The notes under the pieces are model-generated. The model was not told where the DNA came from and searched no databases. It saw nothing but the letters and a program-made list of their open reading frames with translations. 64,000 bases of DNA from Candidatus Falkowbacteria bacterium RIFOXYD12_FULL_34_57 (GTDB taxonomy: Bacteria; Patescibacteriota; Patescibacteriia; Patescibacteriales; UBA12075): the NCBI GenBank assembly GCA_001780285.1, contig MFGN01000017.1:37687-101686 (forward strand). The letters are read 5' to 3'. This document shows, piece by piece, positions 56,139-64,000 of this stretch. Position numbers and translations under genes: made by a program. Position 1 is the stretch's first letter, and every line of letters begins with the position of its first letter.

Positions 56139-57062
56139 TTATTTAACAGGAATTAATTCCTGATCTCCATAATTTTTTACATACTCTTTCCATATCCCCT
56201 CGCATTGATCATAAAGTTTACATCCCTCGCAATGCCCGGTTTTTATTCTTCCGATTTCTTTTCTGGAATTTTCAACATCAAAATTTTTAAAATCCGGGGC
56301 TAAATGCTCTGATTTAAATTTTTTTACCTCGTCTAATTCACTAATTTGACTCAAATAATCCTTAAAATAACACAGGGGGACATATCTAATATGCCAATGT
56401 TCGATTTTATTTATCTTCCCAATATCAAGACACTTTCTTATATACGGCGCTGCCTTAGAAATTTGAGGAACATTTTCATTAAATCTGTTAAACGAAGCGC
56501 CGCAGGAAGGATCTACAAAAATAAATTCACAGTTTCTGATCCCCATCCCAAATATCATTTTTCCAATTTTTTCTATATTTTTATAATTCTGTTTTACGAT
56601 TGTAGTATTAGAGCCGATTCTCTCTAAACCCAAAAGTTTTTTCATATTATCAAAACCCTTAATTAACTGTTCAAAACTTCCTGAGCAATTGGTTAATTTG
56701 TCATGCAAATCACCATTGTGACCATGAATAGAAAAAATAATATCCGTAAGTCCAGCATCAACCACCTTCTTTGCAAAATCCTTATAAGCAAGCATTCGTC
56801 CGTTGGTGGCAATATTAATGGTTTTGAATCCAAGTTTATGCGCAGAATTAATCAGTTTTAAAATATCCGGTCTAATAAAAGTCTCTCCCCCTATAAACTC
56901 TAAGTAGGTTGTTCCTCTCTCTCGGGCGCTTTTCATTTCTAATTTAATTTGCTCCGTAGTTTTATTTAGTAAATTGCGCTTATCCTCATCAATGCAAAAC
57001 ACACACATATTATTACAATCATACCCCGTTATTATTACTGTTTTTTTTATTTTTTTTGTCAT
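56139..57062 (-). CDS. Radical SAM enzyme, paralog B of 4
   Basis: CNNMCVFC, GGETF, TNGRMLAYKDFAKK, SIHGHNGDLHD...GSF, C-terminal CEGCKLYDQCEGIWKEY. Confidence 0.8.
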   Translation of the reverse strand: MTKKIKKTVIITGYDCNNMCVFCIDEDKRNLLNKTTEQIKLEMKSARERGTTYLEFIGGETFIRPDILKLINSAHKLGFKTINIATNGRMLAYKDFAKKVVDAGLTDIIFSIHGHNGDLHDKLTNCSGSFEQLIKGFDNMKKLLGLERIGSNTTIVKQNYKNIEKIGKMIFGMGIRNCEFIFVDPSCGASFNRFNENVPQISKAAPYIRKCLDIGKINKIEHWHIRYVPLCYFKDYLSQISELDEVKKFKSEHLAPDFKNFDVENSRKEIGRIKTGHCEGCKLYDQCEGIWKEYVKNYGDQELIPVK

Positions 57063-57066
57063 TTTT

Positions 57067-58008
57067 TTATTTAACAGATTTTAATTCACTAATTCCATAA
57101 AGATCCGCATATTTTTTCCAAATTCCATAACAAATTTTGTCATATTTACATTTTTCGCATTCTTTTGACTTTATCTTTTTCCCCTTTCTTTCTTCATCTA
57201 AAGACGCTTCAAAATCAGGTCCGATTAAAAGTGTATCTAATTGCCCCATATCATTAATGTATTTTTCACACCCCGGCACCAGGCAGGGAACCATGTTATA
57301 AATAAAACAACTTGCCTTATCTTTTGCGATATCAATACCCTTGCAAATATGCGGTCCGACGTCACTCATGTGTGGAACAATTGCCCTTGGATTATCACAA
57401 GTATTCCCCTCAAGCATCACAAATGTAAAACGAATTTCGTTAATATCAAAATTTTTCATTAAAAATTTAACATGTTCTTCAAGTGTGCTGTAATTCAATT
57501 TAGTTAAAACAATATTAATATTAACCTTTACGCCCAAACTATTTAAGTTTCTTATTCCCTCTGTGGTCTGTTTGAAAGTTCCCGGTGCCCCCATTATTTT
57601 GTCATGAATTTCCTCAATGTAAGAATGTAAAGAAATAACAAAATGGGTAACTCCGCCATTAACCAATCTTTGACAATATTTTTTATAGGCATACACCCTG
57701 CCATTAGATTGAACCTCTATGTGTCTAAGTCCTATTGTTTTAGCATACTTAATTAAAAGAATTAGATCCTTGCGCAAATTCGGTTCACCCCCGGAAAAAG
57801 CTACACCACGAGCATTCATTTTTTTTGCTCGATCTATATCCTTAATTACCTCTTCAAAGGGTTTTACGGCGCAATAATCCCTACTATTAATACTGCGGTC
57901 TATTTGCATGCCCGTTGAACACATAATGCATCGACAATTACATTTAAATATAATCAAACATTCTACTTTTCCAAGACTATCATTTTTAACATTTTTATTT
58001 TTTCCCAT
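57067..58008 (-). CDS. Radical SAM enzyme, paralog C of 4
   Basis: CNCRCIMC, GGEP, SNGRVYAYKKYCQR, HD...GTF, C-terminal CEKCKYDKICYGIWKKY. Start moved to ATG 58008 (MGKNKN, matching the paralog D N-terminus) instead of the track TTG at 58044. Confidence 0.75.
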   Translation of the reverse strand: MGKNKNVKNDSLGKVECLIIFKCNCRCIMCSTGMQIDRSINSRDYCAVKPFEEVIKDIDRAKKMNARGVAFSGGEPNLRKDLILLIKYAKTIGLRHIEVQSNGRVYAYKKYCQRLVNGGVTHFVISLHSYIEEIHDKIMGAPGTFKQTTEGIRNLNSLGVKVNINIVLTKLNYSTLEEHVKFLMKNFDINEIRFTFVMLEGNTCDNPRAIVPHMSDVGPHICKGIDIAKDKASCFIYNMVPCLVPGCEKYINDMGQLDTLLIGPDFEASLDEERKGKKIKSKECEKCKYDKICYGIWKKYADLYGISELKSVK

Positions 58009-58027
58009 ACTTTCAACTTTATAAACC

Positions 58028-58978
58028 TTATAAACTTTTAACAAAATATCTTATTTCATCATCTCCAAATAAATTTAGGTATTCTTTCCAAATTCCGCCA
58101 CACTCTTTATGATACTGACATTGCCTGCAAATATCTATATTTACGCGATAAGTGTCAAAATATTTTCCTTTGTTATTTTTAATAATTCTTTTTGGATCAT
58201 ATCCCACTTGATGGATAGTATCATCACGCATTTTGGTGTTAACAAAAATAATATTTTTTTGACTTTTTATTTCGGGGCTAAATAAACAAAATGGGAAATC
58301 AAAAAAACCAAATTCATTAAATTGATCGCTAATCTCTATTAAACCATTAAGTTTATTATACAAATCTTTCAAGCGAACCACAAGGTGCGAATAATATATT
58401 TTTGCACCACCATCAGGAATAAGATCAAGAAGATACCAATTTTTAACCCCAATAGAAAGGATAAAATTTCCAAAATTAAGTAAATCGCCGTAATTTAAAC
58501 GTGATATTACCGTACTAATATTAACATGAACATTTTTATATCTTTGTACATTCTTTATGCCGGTCAATATTTGCCCAAAAGACCCCGGTGTTCTGGTAAT
58601 GGCATCATGAGTTTCCTTGTTTGGACCAAGCAAAGAAAAAGTAACTTTATTTAGACCGGTATTTATAATTTTTTCACAAAAATCATCATAGGCAAAAAAA
58701 CGACCATTAGTGCTAAGTGATATAGTCTTGTATCCCAGGTCATTTGCTTCTTTAACCAGCTTAATAATATCTGCGCGTATAGTTGGTTCACCTCCGGTAA
58801 ATTCTACTGAATCGCAACCATTTTTAAATCCCCTTTTTAAATCTTTAGTTATATCATTATAGCTTCTGTCTTGATAATCATTCTCACAATCAGCAATAGA
58901 ACAAACTATACAATTATTATTACACCTAAATCCAGTTAAAACCAATAAATTTTTTTTATTATTATTTTTATTGCCCAT
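58028..58978 (-). CDS. Radical SAM enzyme, paralog D of 4
   Basis: CNNNCIVC, GGEP, TNGRFFAYDDFCEK, THD...GSF, C-terminal CRQCQYHKECGGIWKEY. Confidence 0.8.
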   Translation of the reverse strand: MGNKNNNKKNLLVLTGFRCNNNCIVCSIADCENDYQDRSYNDITKDLKRGFKNGCDSVEFTGGEPTIRADIIKLVKEANDLGYKTISLSTNGRFFAYDDFCEKIINTGLNKVTFSLLGPNKETHDAITRTPGSFGQILTGIKNVQRYKNVHVNISTVISRLNYGDLLNFGNFILSIGVKNWYLLDLIPDGGAKIYYSHLVVRLKDLYNKLNGLIEISDQFNEFGFFDFPFCLFSPEIKSQKNIIFVNTKMRDDTIHQVGYDPKRIIKNNKGKYFDTYRVNIDICRQCQYHKECGGIWKEYLNLFGDDEIRYFVKSL

Positions 58979-58987
58979 ATTGTCTCA

Positions 58988-59947
58988 TTAATAGTATTGC
59001 CGATGGCAGCACCCCAAACACTTATCACAAACCCCATTTTTTAATATATTTTTTCTAAAAATCTTTATTTTTTTATTATTCCAAATTATTTTTATTTTTT
59101 CTTTTTTTAAGTTTCCAATCACATTATTACACCCCAAAACCCCTCCTCCGGGTGTTACATCTAGATTTGGCATAATATTCAAACCAAGCCATGGGATATT
59201 ACAATTACGAGAAAAATTATTTAATTCTTTGTTGTAGTATTTTTCTAAATCATTAACTTTTATATATGGTAAAAATAAAATTTTAAACCTCGTCTTTAAA
59301 TTTTTAATTTTAAAAATTTGATCTTTTAAAACATTTATATTAATTTTATCTTTACAAAAATACGCATGTTGAAAAGATAAAACATTTATATTTGCTTTTT
59401 CAAACTCAAAGAAATCTACAATTTTTTTAATCTCTTTATAATTTTTATCCGTTAAAACAAAATTTATATTAATTTTTATCCTTTTTATGTCTTGTACTGT
59501 CTTAATCTTGTAAAAATCTTCTAAACTATTCATGGAAACATTAATCTGTTCAATACTACTACTCCCAATATCTTTATAAAAAATATTAAGCAAATTTCCA
59601 TTTGTTGTAAAAGATAGCTTTACATTATTTAATGTTGCAAATTCCAACATTTTAGAAAAATCTTTATTTATCAAAGGCTCACCACCAAAAAGATGTATCT
59701 TTGGCATAACAAAAAAATTTCTTTTTGCATCAATAACAATTTTTTTAAAATCATCAAAAGACAAATCTTGCGCTAGATATTTTTTGTAATAATCATCACT
59801 CAGCTGATAACAATACCCACAAACATTATCACACCTTAGTGTTATGTGAACCAATAAAAACAAGGGTTGGGGTGACCAATTGCCAAATAATTGAAAAATA
59901 TTAAAAAATTTATTTTTTGTTGCAATGAATTGTTTTATGTTTATCAT
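58988..59947 (-). CDS. Radical SAM / SPASM-domain protein
   Basis: CDNVCGYC core motif, GGEP, TNG, C-terminal Cys-rich CNNVIG...CDKCLGCCH consistent with SPASM-type auxiliary clusters. Confidence 0.7.
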   Translation of the reverse strand: MINIKQFIATKNKFFNIFQLFGNWSPQPLFLLVHITLRCDNVCGYCYQLSDDYYKKYLAQDLSFDDFKKIVIDAKRNFFVMPKIHLFGGEPLINKDFSKMLEFATLNNVKLSFTTNGNLLNIFYKDIGSSSIEQINVSMNSLEDFYKIKTVQDIKRIKININFVLTDKNYKEIKKIVDFFEFEKANINVLSFQHAYFCKDKININVLKDQIFKIKNLKTRFKILFLPYIKVNDLEKYYNKELNNFSRNCNIPWLGLNIMPNLDVTPGGGVLGCNNVIGNLKKEKIKIIWNNKKIKIFRKNILKNGVCDKCLGCCHRQYY

Positions 59948-59973
59948 TATATTTTTATAAGTTATTAATTATT

Positions 59974-61701
59974 TTAATTTTTTAATTCATATAAAAACAT
60001 ATTACACCTGCCTCCATCGTGCATTTTCTTTTCTATATCCAACAATATATTATAGTCAAAATTCAATCTTACTAAATTATAAAATTCTTCACGGTTAAAT
60101 GTCGTTGTGTTTCTTACACAATCAATAGCTGTTTGTTCAATGTATATATTTGAATACTTTTTTTTAATGTGTGGCATCTGAGATATAAATTCTTTTTCTA
60201 TTTGCTCTATTTTATAATCATCACTAAATCCATAAATAGCTGGGACAATGCTGTATCGACTATTTGCAAGTATTATTGAATTGGGTTTAATTTTATCCAA
60301 AGAAATTAAAGCTTGCTCATACTCCGAATTCCAAAAAAGTGTTCCTTCGTCTACCCCCGGTAAACTATAAGAATAATAAAAAAAATTATTGGCTATAATA
60401 ATTAGCGTTGTTAATAAAACCATAACAGGGATATTCCTTATTCTCCGCAGAAAGAAACCATATAATATTATTAATGGTATAAATAAATATGCCAAATAAT
60501 TAAAGGCGTCTAATCTTTGATCGTAGTGAAATGTGGTGATAACAAAAAAGAAAATTAAAAAATATAAAAAATAAATCCAAGTCCTTTTATTCTTCATTGC
60601 CAATACCGGAATAAAAAGTATTATCCAAAACAGCGGAACATGGGTTTTTAAGAAATAAAAATTATAAAAAAAATTTTTAGATAATATAAGAAAATGGTAT
60701 TTTAATAATCCCATAACATTATTTCCATTGTTTACAATCTGGGTTGCCATTTCTGGATCGGTAAAATTTCCGGCATTATCTGATCCTATAAATGAAGAAC
60801 TGGCGTATAACAAAAAAACTGGAAAAATACAGGGCAATGAAAGCAATAAAAATAAATTTATTTTATTATTAATAAAATCATTTTTAGAATTTCTTGATTC
60901 AAGATAAAATATAACAAAATAAATGAAAAACCATATTTCTGAACCAACTCTTAAAAAAACGGAAAACAATAAAATACCAAAACTCCAAATCAGGGTATTA
61001 ATATCTTTTGTTTTTAAATACAACAACAGGGTAAACAAGCTAAAAACATTAAACACTTCTCCCAATATAGCGTAATCTGGTGCCAAACTGCAAAAATAAT
61101 TATTGTAATAAAATAAAAATACCAACCCACACAAAAATGCTATTATGTTTTTCTTTGTTAATAATTTAATAATAAAATAAACCGCGATAGCCTCAAGCAT
61201 TACAAATACGGTATTAATATTTGCTAAAACCTTAAAATTTATTTGAAAAAAACTGTCCAAAAAATTAAAAAATAAAAAATATGCTTTAGCTTTAAAAATA
61301 CCACCAAAATCAGCTATTAAACCAATGTCTACTGGCTCAGCTATGACGCTTAAAGCGCTCATCCCCTTGTCTAATCTAGAAACAACCGGGATATGTATTA
61401 ATAAAAAAATTCCAGTCACAAGAACTAAAATAAAAAACAACAAAAGAAAATAATCATTATAAATTATTTTTTTAAGATGCTTCGCGTTTAAAAACAAATA
61501 ATAAATAATTATTTCTGGTAAAAAAATAATCAATAAAAAATAGAAGATGGAAAGATATGGAGATATATCAACATATGCCTCGTAAATTTGCAAAGGAAAT
61601 AGAACCACAACAAGAACTTGAACAATAAAAAATAATAAAAAATTATATGGCATTTTTAAAAACCAATATTTTATATCTTTTCCCTTTTCTTTTTTATTCA
61701 T
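59974..61701 (-). CDS. Polytopic membrane protein (about 12 TM) with C-terminal soluble domain; possible GT-C fold glycosyltransferase (ArnT/PMT-like)
   Basis: Topology and size (575 aa), start overlaps the upstream GT2 gene by 8 nt (classic polyprenyl-P-sugar synthase + GT-C pairing); no sequence signature confidently matched. Confidence 0.35.
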   Translation of the reverse strand: MNKKEKGKDIKYWFLKMPYNFLLFFIVQVLVVVLFPLQIYEAYVDISPYLSIFYFLLIIFLPEIIIYYLFLNAKHLKKIIYNDYFLLLFFILVLVTGIFLLIHIPVVSRLDKGMSALSVIAEPVDIGLIADFGGIFKAKAYFLFFNFLDSFFQINFKVLANINTVFVMLEAIAVYFIIKLLTKKNIIAFLCGLVFLFYYNNYFCSLAPDYAILGEVFNVFSLFTLLLYLKTKDINTLIWSFGILLFSVFLRVGSEIWFFIYFVIFYLESRNSKNDFINNKINLFLLLSLPCIFPVFLLYASSSFIGSDNAGNFTDPEMATQIVNNGNNVMGLLKYHFLILSKNFFYNFYFLKTHVPLFWIILFIPVLAMKNKRTWIYFLYFLIFFFVITTFHYDQRLDAFNYLAYLFIPLIILYGFFLRRIRNIPVMVLLTTLIIIANNFFYYSYSLPGVDEGTLFWNSEYEQALISLDKIKPNSIILANSRYSIVPAIYGFSDDYKIEQIEKEFISQMPHIKKKYSNIYIEQTAIDCVRNTTTFNREEFYNLVRLNFDYNILLDIEKKMHDGGRCNMFLYELKN

Positions 61702-62404
61702 ATTTTATTTTTATGTTGTAAAACAATCTTACAATGTCAATTATAGTGCTTGGCACCCTCGCAAGCACTCCGGTGGTACTTTTTCTTTTTTCCTCACAAA
61801 TAACCGGAATTTCCTTAATTCTTAATCCTCCCATTTGAGACCTAAGAATAAATTCTGTATCAAAAAGCTCTCTATCTGTAATACATTTTTTCACTATGTT
61901 TATAATTATATTTTTTCTAAACAACTTTAAACCATGAGTATCCACACCACCGGAATCAAAAAATAATTTTAGAAATAAATTAAAGTTTTTAGTAATAAAA
62001 CGACGCAAAAGTGACCTAGTATCTTCTGATTCAGACATAACCTTAGAACCTAAAACAATATCACTTTCCCCTGATAATAAATAATTGATTGAAGTGATTA
62101 AAAAATCTACATCCCAAAAATCAATATTAAAAATTGCTACATTGTCACCATTGCACCGCAGAATACCATCTTTAATAGCTCTTCCATAATTGGAGGTTTT
62201 TAGACTAATCATTTTAATATTTTGAAAATCTTCTGACAATTCTTTTGCTATATTCTTTGTGTTATCCGTACTTCCATTTTCAACCAAAAAAATTTCATAC
62301 TTTTCAAACTTTCTATTATTCATTTCATTGATTATTGATTTCACTTCGGTTTCCAATATTTCCTCCTCGTTATATATGGGTATTACTATCGACAATAATT
62401 TCAT
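61694..62404 (-). CDS. Glycosyltransferase family 2, polyprenyl-phosphate sugar synthase-like (ArnC/DPM1/GtrB-like)
   Basis: LSIVIPIYNEE...LVENGSTDNT GT-A motifs; 236 aa. Confidence 0.8.
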   Translation of the reverse strand: MKLLSIVIPIYNEEEILETEVKSIINEMNNRKFEKYEIFLVENGSTDNTKNIAKELSEDFQNIKMISLKTSNYGRAIKDGILRCNGDNVAIFNIDFWDVDFLITSINYLLSGESDIVLGSKVMSESEDTRSLLRRFITKNFNLFLKLFFDSGGVDTHGLKLFRKNIIINIVKKCITDRELFDTEFILRSQMGGLRIKEIPVICEEKRKSTTGVLARVPSTIIDIVRLFYNIKIKYE

Positions 62405-62408
62405 AGAA

Positions 62409-63779
62409 TTATTTACTATATAATAATTTAAAATTTTTTAACAAAAACAACAAATCGCTCATACTTCTTATTCCAACCAACTTTTTAAAAATGAATCTTG
62501 GTCTTAAATAAAATCTTCTGATTGCCAAATTTCTTAAACTCCAAACATCCCTCGTTGTCAAATCTTCAGTTTCAATAACAGGAAAAAATGAACCATCAAA
62601 AACATCTACATTATCATTAATCCATTTATTTTTTATTGCCTCTTCTCGTAATTTTGTACCGTATATAGGTATTGGTATGTTAAAAGATGCATAATCACAA
62701 TCTAGATTTTTAGCAAGCAAAATTGTTTTAATTATTGATTCTTTATTTTCTCCCGGTAAACCAATAATAAAGTATCCCATTGTTTTAATGCCCACATCCC
62801 TGCACAATGCAAATGTTTTTTTCATGTCTTCTTGTGTTATACCCTTATTATATTTTTTTAATATTTCATCATCTCCGCTTTCTAGGCCAAAATGAATTGT
62901 ATGACAACCCGATTTTTTCATTAACAACAAAAGTTCTTTATCATTCAAAACATCTACCCGTGAATCACAAACCCATGATATATCAATTTTTTCCTGAATA
63001 ATTTTTCTGCACAACTCTTTTGTTCTTTCTTTATTGACACCAAATGTGTTATCTCTAAATATTATTTCTTTTATACCAAGTTTTTCTATATATCTTAACT
63101 CTTCTAAAACATTCTCAATATTTCGCGCTAAATATTCAATATTTTGAACTACACAGTAAGAACATTTATACGGGCAGCCAAAACTAGTCAACACCGAAGT
63201 GATCGGGTTTCTTTTGCCGTGTGGCAATATATATTTATTAATCGGTAATAATTCATGCCTGGGAATGGGAACAATAAAATTATTCTTTGGAAAATAATTT
63301 CCGCCGTTTATTATTTTATTATCTTTTCTATAAACTAAATTTTTTATGTCACTTTTATTGTTTAAATAATCCAATATGCTATTGGTAACAAAATTTAATA
63401 AAACCGCATCTATTTCAACAAATCTCTCTAAAAAAAATTCTGGTTTGTGCAATAAACAACCACCGGTTCCAATGGCCTTGATGTTGGGTATTTTTTCTTT
63501 CAATTTTCTTATGAACTCTATATCACTATACAAAGAAGAAGAACCTATCATAAAAACAACCACATTAATATCCTTATCAATTTTTAACAATGCTTCTTCG
63601 GGGCTTAATTTTAAAATATTTGCATCTAATAGCTGAATTTCATGCTCCCTGCAAAGAATACCGCTCAACAATAAAATATCTGTTGGTGGCCAAGAGTAGC
63701 CCCACTTTGATTTTGTGCTTGAATACATATCCCTGAGATATAAAGATTGGGCAGGGGGATTTAATAATAAAATTTTCAT
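62409..63779 (-). CDS. B12-binding-domain radical SAM protein (class B radical SAM, methyltransferase-like)
   Basis: N-terminal cobalamin-binding-like Rossmann region (MKILLLNPP...), radical SAM motif GCPYKCSYC, 456 aa. Confidence 0.75.
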   Translation of the reverse strand: MKILLLNPPAQSLYLRDMYSSTKSKWGYSWPPTDILLLSGILCREHEIQLLDANILKLSPEEALLKIDKDINVVVFMIGSSSLYSDIEFIRKLKEKIPNIKAIGTGGCLLHKPEFFLERFVEIDAVLLNFVTNSILDYLNNKSDIKNLVYRKDNKIINGGNYFPKNNFIVPIPRHELLPINKYILPHGKRNPITSVLTSFGCPYKCSYCVVQNIEYLARNIENVLEELRYIEKLGIKEIIFRDNTFGVNKERTKELCRKIIQEKIDISWVCDSRVDVLNDKELLLLMKKSGCHTIHFGLESGDDEILKKYNKGITQEDMKKTFALCRDVGIKTMGYFIIGLPGENKESIIKTILLAKNLDCDYASFNIPIPIYGTKLREEAIKNKWINDNVDVFDGSFFPVIETEDLTTRDVWSLRNLAIRRFYLRPRFIFKKLVGIRSMSDLLFLLKNFKLLYSK

Positions 63780-64000
63780 AATCTATTTTCTTCTTTAAAC
63801 CATTTAATTGTATCCTTAATTGTATCATTAATAGATATTGGTTGATAATCAAGATATTTTTGAGCTTTTTCTATGGAGGAAAAATTAGTCAGCTTGGCTG
63901 TTTTTATTTTTGCACTAGAAATTAGCGGGGTAATTTTTGTAATTTTTCCTATTATCTCCAATATTGACGCACCAACCAATGCGGGATAATACGGCAATTC
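63776..64000 (-). CDS. NAD-dependent epimerase/dehydratase, C-terminal fragment (gene continues beyond window end)
   Basis: Frame open to window edge; C-terminal ...KAQKYLDYQPISINDTIKDTIKWFKEE resembles extended-SDR sugar epimerase C-termini; 4-nt overlap with B12-rSAM start. Confidence 0.5.
   Translation of the reverse strand, partial: ELPYYPALVGASILEIIGKITKITPLISSAKIKTAKLTNFSSIEKAQKYLDYQPISINDTIKDTIKWFKEENRL

Noticed and set aside
1-64000. Alternative genetic code (UGA = Gly, code 25) sometimes seen in CPR-like lineages
   Set aside because: mnmA, pilT and other confident genes terminate on TGA at the expected protein ends; no long genes need UGA read-through
1-64000. tRNA, rRNA genes and CRISPR arrays
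   Set aside because: No T-arm GGTTCGA(A/T)TCC-like sequences seen in the intergenic regions and no regularly spaced direct repeats. The window is too gene-dense for rRNA

Overview
This is a low-GC (about 30%), gene-dense bacterial window. Gene content and style suggest a Candidate Phyla Radiation / Patescibacteria-like genome, but that is an inference, not something the sequence proves. Genes are small, many proteins are membrane-anchored or secreted, type IV pilus genes are scattered through the window, several glycan-biosynthesis clusters are present, and Shine-Dalgarno sites are rare. TGA is used as a stop codon (mnmA), so the genetic code is code 11, not code 25.

Most confident calls: mnmA, mreB, lexA, rnhA, recJ, lepA, dtd, pilMNO, pilT, rpmA, pyrG and rplI. 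A MacB/LolCDE-like ABC transporter sits with an HlyD adaptor and an orphan response regulator. There is a subtilisin with FG-GAP repeats, a WecA/TagO-family transferase, and a membrane-anchored ClpC-like AAA+ ATPase. Two glycan clusters are present (GT4-GT4-GtrA-like-DUF2304-GT2-UXS-like, and a second near the window end).

The most unusual locus is a tightly packed minus-strand operon at 54574-64000. It carries four tandem paralogous twitch/SPASM-type radical SAM enzymes, one SPASM radical SAM enzyme and one B12-binding radical SAM enzyme. These sit with a GT2 polyprenyl-phosphate sugar synthase, an overlapping GT-C-like polytopic membrane protein, a small secreted Cys-containing protein and a partial NAD-dependent epimerase. 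I could not assign it to any characterised pathway.

Several intergenic repeat and hairpin families are not explained by the genes:
- a 30-31 bp perfect inverted repeat;
- an imperfect hairpin of about 85 bp present in two copies with pairing-preserving substitutions;
- a GC-rich hairpin motif (GGCTGRTCCGYC-loop-GRCGGA) at four sites, three clearly upstream of gene starts (lexA, a radical SAM gene, UXS-like) and the fourth 130 bp upstream of pilT;
- AAAGT/ACTTTAT heptamer tracts;
- an 18-bp inverted repeat;
- a 700-bp ORF-free region upstream of a near-consensus rpmA promoter where rplU would be expected.

No tRNA, rRNA or CRISPR array was recognised. Coordinates of non-CDS features come from manual counting and may be off by 1-2 nt.
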